64,000 nucleotides of DNA from an uncultured Solirubrobacteraceae bacterium (lineage in GTDB: Bacteria > Actinomycetota > Thermoleophilia > Solirubrobacterales > Solirubrobacteraceae), in contig CAZPQW010000005.1 of assembly GCA_964588985.1 (NCBI GenBank), positions 32,001 to 96,000 of the forward strand, written 5' to 3'. Shown here piece by piece: positions 18,375-26,070 of this stretch (positions are counted from its first letter, which is position 1; every line of letters begins with the position of its first letter). The position numbers and the translations under genes were made by a program. Under the pieces are notes generated by a model. That model made no database searches and was not told where the DNA came from. It saw only the letters and a program-made list of their open reading frames with translations.

Positions 18375-19227
18375 ACCCGTCTCCTCTGGCCAGCTGCCCG
18401 GCGAACCGAACCACGCACGGCGCTTCACCACGATCTGGCTGATCGCGACGCTGATCGCCCTGCCGCTGGTGATCTTCGTGCTCGGGCCCGAACTGCCGCC
18501 GGGCAACGCCAGCCAGCAGGCCGCCGGCAAGGTCACCGACAACACGGTGCTGCTCGCGATGGCCACGCCCGTGCTGCTGCTCGTGACGATCTACCTGATC
18601 TACGCGGTGATCGCCTTCCGCCAGCCCGCCGGCGGCGCGCTCGAAGGACCCGCCGTGCGCGGCGACTCGCGCATCCAGACGGCGTGGATCGTGATCACCT
18701 CGGCGCTCGTGCTCTCACTCGCCGCCTACGGCACCGTGCGACTGGAGGCCGACAACGGCGCCGGCTCGGGCAACGGGCCGAAACCGCTGACCGTGCCAAG
18801 CGGCCCCAAGCTGCCGGTGCAGGTGATCGCGCAGCAGTGGGCGTTCACCTACCGCTACCCCACCTACGGCGGCGTCGAGACCACGCACCTGTACCTGCCC
18901 GACAACGAGACGATCGAACTGCACGTCACCTCGATCGACGTGATCCACTCCTTCTGGGCCTACCAGCTCGGCGTCAAGGCCGACGCGAACCCCGACGTCG
19001 ACAACGTCGCGTTCGTCAAGCCCACCAAGCTCGGCGCCTTCGACGTGCGCTGCGCCGAGCTGTGCGGCATCTGGCACGGCTACATGTACGACAAAGGCCA
19101 CGTCGTCACGCCGAGCGAATTCGCAACGTGGATCGCCCAGCAGCAGAAGCAGATGGCGCCCGCGACGAAGGTCCTGCCCCCGTACAGCACCACCTACCTC
19201 CCCGAACCGACGAGGCGCGCAGAATGA
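18364..19227 (+). CDS. coxB: Cytochrome c oxidase subunit II (CuA)
   Basis: Two TM helices, QQWAFTYRY, DVIHSFW, CAELCGIWHGYM CuA motif; no fused cytochrome c (no CxxCH). Confidence 0.92.
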   Translation: MSSRPVSSGQLPGEPNHARRFTTIWLIATLIALPLVIFVLGPELPPGNASQQAAGKVTDNTVLLAMATPVLLLVTIYLIYAVIAFRQPAGGALEGPAVRGDSRIQTAWIVITSALVLSLAAYGTVRLEADNGAGSGNGPKPLTVPSGPKLPVQVIAQQWAFTYRYPTYGGVETTHLYLPDNETIELHVTSIDVIHSFWAYQLGVKADANPDVDNVAFVKPTKLGAFDVRCAELCGIWHGYMYDKGHVVTPSEFATWIAQQQKQMAPATKVLPPYSTTYLPEPTRRAE

Positions 19228-21128
19228 GCACGACCGCAGCGGCCGCATCCGCCCCCCAGCCCACCGGCAGGCCGCTGTGGCGGCGGCTGATCGGCTTCAA
19301 CCTGCTCACCGCGGTGATCCTCGGCGTCGCCGGCTACTACGTCGGCGCGCTCATCGGCCACACGATCGACGGCGGAAAAAGCTTCGAATACCAGGCGGCG
19401 ACCGACGAGTACGACCTCGCGCTGCTGCTCGGCTACTTCGGCGGCGTGGTCGGCTTCCTGATCGGCCTCGGCTTCGCCAACTACCCGATCTCGCGGATGC
19501 TCGGGCGCCCAGCGTCGCTACGCGAGAAGGAGGAGCAGGGCATCGGGCGCTACTTCGGCCTGTGCACCGACCACAAGGTCGTCGGCATCCAGTACCTCGT
19601 CGGCATCGGCGTGTTCTTCTTCGTCGGCGGCCTCAACGCGATGCTGATCCGCACCGAGCTGCTGCACCCCGTCCCCACGTTCGTCGGACCCAACCAGTAC
19701 CTGTCGATCGTCGGCATGCACGGCACGATGATGATGGGAATGATGACCTCGGGCATCCTCGGCCCGTTCGCCAACTACTTCGTGCCGATCATGATCGGCG
19801 CCCGGCGGATGGCCTTCCCCCGCATCGAGGCGCTCACGTTCTGGCTGCTGATGGCCGCCGGCTTCATTCTCACCTCGACGATCTTCTTCGGCGGCTTCCC
19901 CACCGGCTGGACGGGCTACGCGCCGCTCAACAACGAGGCCGTCATGGGGATGGACTCCTACATCTGCTTCTTCGCGCTCGTCGGTCTCTCGATGGCGCTG
20001 CTCGGCCTGAACATGATGGCCACGATCATCACGATGCGCGCACCGGGGCTCACCTGGTCACGGCTGCCGATCTTCGTGTGGTCGGTGTTCGCCACCTCCG
20101 TGCTGATGGTGCTCGCCGCGCCGATGCTCGTCGCCACGCTTTTGATGGCGGCGCTCGACCGCACGATCAACACCTCGTTCTTCATCGCCGGAGGCGGCGG
20201 CAGCTCCTACCTGTTCGAGAACCTGTTCTGGTTCTTTGGGCACCCCGAGGTCTACATCCTCGCGCTGCCGGGCTTCGGCATCGTGCTCGAGCTGCTGCCG
20301 GTGTTCACGCGCAAGCCTCTGTGGGGCTACCGCCTCGCCGTCTCGGGGATGCTCGGCGTCAGCCTGATGAGCTTCTTCGTGTGGCAGCACCACCTGTTCG
20401 TGAGCGGCATCAACGCCGACCTGCGCCCGTTCTACATGCTCTCAACCGAGATCATCTCGATCCCCACCGGGTTCATCTTCATGTGCGTCATGGGCACGCT
20501 GTGGAAGGCGCGAACATCATTCACCGTGCCGATGATGTTCGTCCTCGCGTGGACGTTCAACTTCCTCATCGGCGGGCTCTCCGGCGTGTTCCTCTCCGAC
20601 ACGCCCAGCGACACCGACACGCACGGCAGCTTCTTCGTGATGGCGCACTTCCACTACACGATCATGGGTGGGCTGATCTTCGCGTTCTTCGCCGGGATCT
20701 ACTACTGGGTGCCGAAGATGCTCGGCCTGCGCCTCAACGAGAAACTCGGCAAGGTGCACTTCTGGCTGATGTTCGTCGCGTTCAACTCCACGTTCATGCC
20801 GCTGTTCGCGCTCGGCATGGAGGGCATGCCCCGGCGCGTGAGCACCTACTCCCCGGCGCTGCAGACGCTCAACGTGTGGGTGTCGATCTCCGCGTTCGTG
20901 CTCGGGCTCTCGATGCTGATCTTCCTCTACAACGTCGTCTACTCGCTGATCTTCGTGCGCAAGGCCGCCACGGCCAACCCGTGGAACTCGAAGGCGATGG
21001 AGTGGCAGGTGCCGACCCCGGTGCCGGTCAACAACTTCGAGCAGATCCCCGTGTTCGACTCCGATCCCTACGACTACGGGATCCCGATCTCCGTGGGCGC
21101 CGGCCAGCCGGCCGCGGCGGGAGCGTAG
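19224..21128 (+). CDS. coxA: Heme-copper oxidase subunit I (A-family GHPEVY type, atypical proton channels, extra N-terminal helices)
   Basis: TDHKVVG, MHG, WFFGHPEVY, WQHH, AHFHY, GMPRR; ATG 19224 overlaps coxB stop (ATGA). Confidence 0.95.
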   Translation: MSTTAAAASAPQPTGRPLWRRLIGFNLLTAVILGVAGYYVGALIGHTIDGGKSFEYQAATDEYDLALLLGYFGGVVGFLIGLGFANYPISRMLGRPASLREKEEQGIGRYFGLCTDHKVVGIQYLVGIGVFFFVGGLNAMLIRTELLHPVPTFVGPNQYLSIVGMHGTMMMGMMTSGILGPFANYFVPIMIGARRMAFPRIEALTFWLLMAAGFILTSTIFFGGFPTGWTGYAPLNNEAVMGMDSYICFFALVGLSMALLGLNMMATIITMRAPGLTWSRLPIFVWSVFATSVLMVLAAPMLVATLLMAALDRTINTSFFIAGGGGSSYLFENLFWFFGHPEVYILALPGFGIVLELLPVFTRKPLWGYRLAVSGMLGVSLMSFFVWQHHLFVSGINADLRPFYMLSTEIISIPTGFIFMCVMGTLWKARTSFTVPMMFVLAWTFNFLIGGLSGVFLSDTPSDTDTHGSFFVMAHFHYTIMGGLIFAFFAGIYYWVPKMLGLRLNEKLGKVHFWLMFVAFNSTFMPLFALGMEGMPRRVSTYSPALQTLNVWVSISAFVLGLSMLIFLYNVVYSLIFVRKAATANPWNSKAMEWQVPTPVPVNNFEQIPVFDSDPYDYGIPISVGAGQPAAAGA

Positions 21129-21132
21129 AGCG

Positions 21133-21798
21133 ATGGCCGCCCACGGCGAAGACCGCCCTCTCGGCATGATGATCCCGCCGGTGCCGGCCGGCACGGAGAT
21201 CCCGCCCGAGCCGCCGGACGTCGGCGCGCGCGCGCTCGCGGTCGCCTCGCGGCTGCTGTGCGGCGCCACCACGTTCTTCTTCCTCGCGTTCCTGTTCGCG
21301 TACTTCTACCTGCGCTCGATCAACGAGGACCACATGTGGCACCCCGCGCACGTCAACCCCAGCCAGGGGCTCGGCGCGGCGTTCATCGTGTGCGTCGTGC
21401 TCAGCGCGGCGCTCGCGATCGTCGCGAGCCGCGGGATGAAGGCCAAATCGCAGGGCTGGGTCACGCCGGGGATCGCGAGCGTCGTGCTCGGGCTGATCGC
21501 GGTGGCCCTGCAGTGCCTGGAGTACACCTCGCAGCACTTCGGGCCCACCAACGGCGCCTACGCGAGCGTGTTCTGCGCGTGGAGCGGCTTCTACCTGATC
21601 GCGGTGCTCGCCACGATGTACTGGCTCGAGACACAGGTGGCGACCGAGCTGCGGGCGCGCCGTTCACCCGCGAGCAAGGAGGGCGACATCAAGGACCCCG
21701 ACCGTCTGATCGCGCCGGGGCTCGACGCCGCCGTCTTCTACTGGGGCTTCCTCGCGGCGATCGGCGTCATCACTTACGTGACGCTGTACCTGCTGTAG
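21133..21798 (+). CDS. coxC: Cytochrome c oxidase subunit III-like (5 TM)
   Basis: FFFLAFLFAYFYLR, LQCLEY...GAYASVF..WSGF, FYWGFL pattern of divergent subunit III; operon position. Confidence 0.75.
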   Translation: MAAHGEDRPLGMMIPPVPAGTEIPPEPPDVGARALAVASRLLCGATTFFFLAFLFAYFYLRSINEDHMWHPAHVNPSQGLGAAFIVCVVLSAALAIVASRGMKAKSQGWVTPGIASVVLGLIAVALQCLEYTSQHFGPTNGAYASVFCAWSGFYLIAVLATMYWLETQVATELRARRSPASKEGDIKDPDRLIAPGLDAAVFYWGFLAAIGVITYVTLYLL

Positions 21799-22673
21799 TG
21801 CTCGCGCCGGCGGCAGCCGCGCCGGGCTTCTGGGATTGGTCGCTGGATCCGCCGCTCGTGCTCGTCGTGGCGCTCGCGATCCTCTACTGGATCGGCGACC
21901 GGCGCACCGTCACGCCGGAGCGCACGCGGACCGCGCAGCGGTGGCGCAGCGCCTGCTTCTACACCGCCCTGGTCGCGCTCGCCGTCGCGCTCGCCTCCCC
22001 GATCGAGCCGCTGAGCGAGCAGCTCTTCTGGGTGCACATGATCCAGCACGTGCTGCTGCTCGCCGTCGCGGCGCCGCTGCTCGTCACCGCCCGCCCGTGG
22101 ATCCGCCTGTGGCGCAGCCTCCCGCTGGACGCGCGGCGGTGGCTCGCGCGCGGCCTCAGCGAGGGCCGGCGCACCTCGCCGTTGCGGGCGCTCAGCCGCG
22201 CGCTCGGGAGCCCGACAGCGGGCTTCGTGGCGTTCTCCGTCGTGCTGCTCGCGTGGCACCTGCCGTTCATGTTCGACGCCACGCTGCGCTTCGAAACGCT
22301 GCACGCGCTCGAGCACACGCTGTTCTTCTCAACCGCGGTGATGTTCTGGAAGCACGCGATCCCCTCCCCGCCGTTGCACACGCCACTCGTGGCCGTCCAG
22401 CGGGTGGTGTTCGCGATCGGAGGGATGATCGTCAGCTGGGTACTCGCGGTCGTGCTCGCGCTCGCCCCCAACCCGCTCTACGCCTCCTATGCCCATGAGG
22501 CGAGCCGCCCCGGCGGCATCTCCGCGCTCGCCGACCAGCAGTTGGCGGCGGGCATCATGTGGGTGCCCGGGTCGGTCACGTTCCTGATCGTCGTCTTCGT
22601 CTACGTCCACCGCTGGCTCACGCCGGATGCCCTGGGCAGCGCCAGGGGCACCCGACTGGCCAGCGAGCACTAA
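21798..22673 (+). CDS. ctaG: Caa3-type CtaG cytochrome c oxidase assembly factor
   Basis: LFWVHMIQHVLLLAVAAPLL, WHLP, HALEH, DQQLAAGIMWVPG; GTG 21798 overlaps coxC stop. Confidence 0.88.
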   Translation: MLAPAAAAPGFWDWSLDPPLVLVVALAILYWIGDRRTVTPERTRTAQRWRSACFYTALVALAVALASPIEPLSEQLFWVHMIQHVLLLAVAAPLLVTARPWIRLWRSLPLDARRWLARGLSEGRRTSPLRALSRALGSPTAGFVAFSVVLLAWHLPFMFDATLRFETLHALEHTLFFSTAVMFWKHAIPSPPLHTPLVAVQRVVFAIGGMIVSWVLAVVLALAPNPLYASYAHEASRPGGISALADQQLAAGIMWVPGSVTFLIVVFVYVHRWLTPDALGSARGTRLASEH

Positions 22674-22687
22674 CTCCAGGAGGACTC

Positions 22688-22822
22688 ATGCCACACCTCA
22701 TTCCCATCGCAGCGAGCTTCCTCACCGGTTCGATCCTCACGCTCGTGATGCCGCTCGCGGTCGTGATCCTGATCGCCGTCTGGTACTACGCGATGTGGCG
22801 GAGCGGGATGGGCGAACGCTGA
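22688..22822 (+). CDS. 44-aa single-TM protein, putative small oxidase subunit (CoxD-like)
   Basis: Strong SD AGGAGG 4 nt before ATG; MPHLIPIAASFLTGSILTLVMPLAVVILIAVWYYAMWRSGMGER; last gene of the oxidase operon. Confidence 0.65.
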   Translation: MPHLIPIAASFLTGSILTLVMPLAVVILIAVWYYAMWRSGMGER

Positions 22823-22823
22823 G

Positions 22824-23480
22824 CTACCCCGCCGCAAGCCGCGGCACGTCGTGCGCGATCTCACTCGGTTCGAACGAGTCGGGGTAGATCGTGGTGAGCT
22901 TCCCGCTCGCGCCGATGCCGTAGACGAGCGCGTCGTGGGCCACCAGCTGAGGCTGGCCGGCCTCGCGTTTGGAGCCGACGCTCCAGGCCTTCCACGTCCG
23001 TGCCAGTTCGGAGGCCGAGCCGATCAGGTACTGCATCCTGCCGACCATCTCGTGGGCGCGCACGAACCGCGCCACCGCCGCCGGCGTGTCTCCCCGCGGG
23101 TCGACCGACACCGCGATCACCTGCGCCTGCGAGGCCCGCTTGCCGAGCAGGTTCAGCGCGACGCGCAGGTTCGACGCGATCAGCGGGCACACGTCTGGGC
23201 AGTGGGCGTAGAGGAAGGTCACGAGCACCGCCCTGCCGCGGTACTCGGCGAGCGTGACCCGCTTTCCGAGGTAGTTGCGCAGGTCGATCGCCGGAGCCTG
23301 CTCGGCGGGGAGCGCGAGCGTCCCGTCGAAGCCACTCGCCGAAGCCGCCTGCTGTGCGCCGCCCGGCAGCACAGGCTTGTTGGCGGAGCCCTTGAAGAGC
23401 GCGAAGCTGAGCGCGGCGACGATTGCGAGCAGCAGCGCCAGTGCGGGCACTGCGCGCCGCCACGAGGGGGTTGAGCTCAT
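22824..23480 (-). CDS. SCO1/SenC family copper chaperone
   Basis: FLYAHCPDVCP (CxxxC), VSVDPRGDTP, conserved His in VAHD; N-terminal anchor. Confidence 0.9.
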   Translation of the reverse strand: MSSTPSWRRAVPALALLLAIVAALSFALFKGSANKPVLPGGAQQAASASGFDGTLALPAEQAPAIDLRNYLGKRVTLAEYRGRAVLVTFLYAHCPDVCPLIASNLRVALNLLGKRASQAQVIAVSVDPRGDTPAAVARFVRAHEMVGRMQYLIGSASELARTWKAWSVGSKREAGQPQLVAHDALVYGIGASGKLTTIYPDSFEPSEIAHDVPRLAAG

Positions 23481-23481
23481 G

Positions 23482-24141
23482 TCAGCTCATACTGACGTAA
23501 CCCGTCGCTTCGGTGGGGCCGCGCACGTTCGCCGCGACCTTGTTTTCGTAGTTGCCCTCGATCGTCGCGATCTGGCCGCTCGGCGTCACTTCCTTGACGA
23601 TCCCCACGTGCTGGTCGCCGAACACGATCAAATCGCCCGATTTCGGCACGACGCCGGGTGCGTTCGCGACCGCGCGGCCGCTGCTCTGCGCCCACGACCA
23701 GATCGCCGCGACCGAGCCGAGGCCCTGGCCGTTTTCGCCGATCGGCGTGCCCGCCTGGCTGGCCGCCCACGAGGCGAAGTAGGCGCACCACGGCTCTCCC
23801 GGGGCAGCTCCCGCCGTGGCCGTGCGGTACTGCGCGATCGCCGGCCCTTCGTTGGACCCGGGCGGCTGCTCGGTCTGGCCGAGCTGGCTTTCCGCGACCG
23901 CGACGATGCGGCTCGTGCCGCCGCCGGGGGTGTAGGCGAGGGATGGAACTCCCGTGGCCTGCTGAAGCGCGCTCGCGAACGACGTCGGGGTGCTCGCGGC
24001 GGCAGCGGTCGTGGTGGTGGCGCTCGTCGAGGGCGCTTCCACACCACCGCTCGGCGTGGTGCCCCTGCCGATCATCGAGGAGGGATCGGCGATCTCCTGC
24101 CTGATCGCGCCGACCCGCACCAGCGTGGATTCGATCGACAT
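23482..24141 (-). CDS. CHAP-domain peptidoglycan hydrolase under a sigma28-type promoter
   Basis: PWCAYFASW, PKSGDLIVF, HVGIV, TIEGN CHAP motifs; no Sec signal peptide. Confidence 0.85.
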   Translation of the reverse strand: MSIESTLVRVGAIRQEIADPSSMIGRGTTPSGGVEAPSTSATTTTAAAASTPTSFASALQQATGVPSLAYTPGGGTSRIVAVAESQLGQTEQPPGSNEGPAIAQYRTATAGAAPGEPWCAYFASWAASQAGTPIGENGQGLGSVAAIWSWAQSSGRAVANAPGVVPKSGDLIVFGDQHVGIVKEVTPSGQIATIEGNYENKVAANVRGPTEATGYVSMS

Positions 24142-24149
24142 CACCCGGG

Positions 24150-24176
24150 TAATCGGCAGAAAGCGCCTGCGTTTGA
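24150..24176 (-). promoter_or_regulatory. sigma28/FliA-type promoter for the CHAP gene
   Basis: TCAA-N15-GCCGATTA on the minus strand; ATG 8 nt downstream. Confidence 0.8.
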
Positions 24177-24209
24177 GATGGCCGCGGCACTGAGCTCGGA
24201 CGTTAAAGA

Positions 24210-24237
24210 GAGACGGGCGACCGTCGTCGCCCGTCTC
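24210..24237 (-). terminator. Intrinsic terminator downstream of flagellin
   Basis: GAGACGGGCGAC-N4-GTCGCCCGTCTC perfect 12-bp stem followed on the minus strand by TCTTTAA. Confidence 0.75.
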
Positions 24238-24418
24238 GAACCACCGTTCCCTCGATGAAGCGGCGGTATATGGCTCCCCGCGGCCCTTTCCCAGACCGTG
24301 GAAGCGTTTTGGACCCGCCTGGCCGCCAGCGGCCGACCACGAGGATCGACCAGCGAATCAGAAGGGCTTCACTGCAGCGGTGGCGTCCTCTACGCCACCG
24401 CTGAGGAAGTTCATTCGA

Positions 24419-25204
24419 CTACTGCAGCAGCTTCAGGACGGCGTCCGGGAGCTGGTTGGCCTGTGCCAGGATCGACACGCCAGCCTGCTGCAGGACCTGG
24501 AGCTTGGTGAATTTGGTCATTTCCGTCGCCATGTTCACGTCGACGATGCCGCTGACCGCTGACTGGAGGTTCTGGGAGTAGACTTCCAGGTTCGCCTCGG
24601 TGTACTGGATGCGGTTCTGAACCGAACCGAATTCACCGGCCGCCGTGGCGACTTTGCCGATCGCTTCGTCGATGCTTTTGATCGATTTGAGTTCCGCGCC
24701 GCTGGTTGCACCTTCGAGTTCCAGCGTTTTCACGGCGATCACTTCTTCGTCGTTCGCGCCGACCTGGAAGGAGATCGTCACGGCTTCGGAGAGCAGCTTG
24801 ACTTCGTTGAACTTCGTCGTTTCGCCGACGCGCTTGATCTCTTCTTTGAGCTGCGTGGCCTCAGCTTCGATCGCTTCCTTGTCCGATTCCGAGGTCGTGC
24901 CGTTGGCGTACTGCACCGCGAGCTCACGAACACGCTGAAGCATCTGCGTGACGTCGTTCAGGGAGCCCTGAGCGGTCTGCGCGAGCGAGACCGCGTCCTG
25001 GCTGTTCAGCGTCGCCTGGTTCAGGCCGTTGACCTGGCCCTGCAGACGCTGGCTGATGGCGTAGCCGGCGACATCGTCGGCCGCCGAGTTGATGCGCAGA
25101 CCCGAAGACAGGCGCGTCATCGACATCGCCAGCGAGCTCTCGGTCTGGTTCAGGTTCCTCGAGGCGTTCATCGCCTCTACGTTTGTGTTGATCGTCAGGC
25201 CCAT
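24419..25204 (-). CDS. fliC: Flagellin (short, essentially D0-D1 only)
   Basis: INTNVEAMNA..., RLSSGLRINSAADD, LQRVRELAVQ, GSVQNRI, QVLQQAGVSILAQANQLP. Confidence 0.97.
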   Translation of the reverse strand: MGLTINTNVEAMNASRNLNQTESSLAMSMTRLSSGLRINSAADDVAGYAISQRLQGQVNGLNQATLNSQDAVSLAQTAQGSLNDVTQMLQRVRELAVQYANGTTSESDKEAIEAEATQLKEEIKRVGETTKFNEVKLLSEAVTISFQVGANDEEVIAVKTLELEGATSGAELKSIKSIDEAIGKVATAAGEFGSVQNRIQYTEANLEVYSQNLQSAVSGIVDVNMATEMTKFTKLQVLQQAGVSILAQANQLPDAVLKLLQ

Positions 25205-25208
25205 GCGT

Positions 25209-25262
25209 TCATCTCCTTGATGACGGTTTTGTTGTCGGGTCCCGAATCGACTCCATGTCGAT
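25209..25262 (-). promoter_or_regulatory. CsrA-binding hairpins in the flagellin leader
   Basis: mRNA: ATCGAC-ATGGA-GTCGAT, TCGG-GAC-CCGA and TCATC-AAGGA-GATGA (overlapping the SD): ANGGA loops on stems; csrA and fliW are in the cluster. Confidence 0.8.
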
Positions 25263-25271
25263 CCACGCTGA

Positions 25272-25298
25272 TTATCGTCAGCGTGGAGGGAAACTTGA
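25272..25298 (-). promoter_or_regulatory. sigma28-type promoter for fliC
   Basis: TCAA-N15-GACGATAA. Confidence 0.8.
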
Positions 25299-25368
25299 GG
25301 AGGGACTTCCTCTCATCGGCGTGATTCCCGTCGCGCCTGCGATTTCCTCCATAAGAATCCCCTCGTAA

Positions 25369-25590
25369 TCAGACCCGAACGTCGATGTGGGGGTACCCGT
25401 CGTCGTCCTCCGAGGAGCCATCCTCGTCTGGATCGTGCGCCCTGCGATAGGCCGGGTCGCGCCGCTGCTGGCGCTCGTCGTGCGTCGGACGATCGCGCTC
25501 GCGACTGATCCGCTCCAGACGCTCCACCGGGAGCAGCGTGGAGCGTGAGATCAGTGGCGGTCCCGGCGCGATCGGGTGGATCGGATCCAC
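25369..25590 (-). CDS. Small hypothetical protein in flagellar operon (73 aa)
   Basis: GTG start, charged low-complexity body, ends PHIDVRV; fills the gap between the membrane protein and the fliC promoter. Confidence 0.55.
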   Translation of the reverse strand: MDPIHPIAPGPPLISRSTLLPVERLERISRERDRPTHDERQQRRDPAYRRAHDPDEDGSSEDDDGYPHIDVRV

Positions 25591-25605
25591 GGTCGTTCAG
25601 CCCGC

Positions 25606-26070
25606 CTAGGAGGCGACCCTCTGGCCGGGACGATCTGCGGCCTGGATCGCGTTCAGCAGCTGCTGCTCGCGTGCCTTGATCTCGAGGATCACGAGGCGGC
25701 GCCACACGAACACCGCCGCCGCCCACACCGCCACGTAGCAGACGACCCCCGCCACGAGCGCGCGCATCGCCGCTTCGGCGAGCGTGCCGATCGGCAGCGA
25801 CAGGTAGCCGCCCACGAGAAAGCCTCCGAGACCGCCCCAGCTCTTCGCGCGCGCGACCGCACGCGAAGCGCGCGGGTGCGCCGCCACGCTCGGACCGTCC
25901 CCCACGACCTCCGCCGCCGCGCCCTTGCCCTTCTTGTCCTTGCCGCCCTTCTTGTCCTTCGCGCCCTTGTCGGCCTTCGGCTTCTCCTTTGCGGCCTTCA
26001 CCTCCGGTGCTTTGACCGGAGCGGCGGTCTCCGCGGCTGGGGGCTCCATCACAGCCGTGTCAGCTGCCAT
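25606..26070 (-). CDS. Hypothetical two-TM membrane protein with Lys-rich N-terminus
   Basis: KAKEKPKADKGAKDKKGGKDKKGK-like tract then two hydrophobic segments; overlaps the PilZ gene end. Confidence 0.7.
   Translation of the reverse strand: MAADTAVMEPPAAETAAPVKAPEVKAAKEKPKADKGAKDKKGGKDKKGKGAAAEVVGDGPSVAAHPRASRAVARAKSWGGLGGFLVGGYLSLPIGTLAEAAMRALVAGVVCYVAVWAAAVFVWRRLVILEIKAREQQLLNAIQAADRPGQRVAS

Noticed and set aside
24200-24418. c-di-GMP riboswitch or group II intron remnant after fliC
   Set aside because: I could not match the conserved cores of either by eye; kept only as an unassigned structured region.
25313-25345. Second GCCGATGA upstream of the fliC promoter
   Set aside because: No TAAA/TCAA-like -35 at the right spacing.
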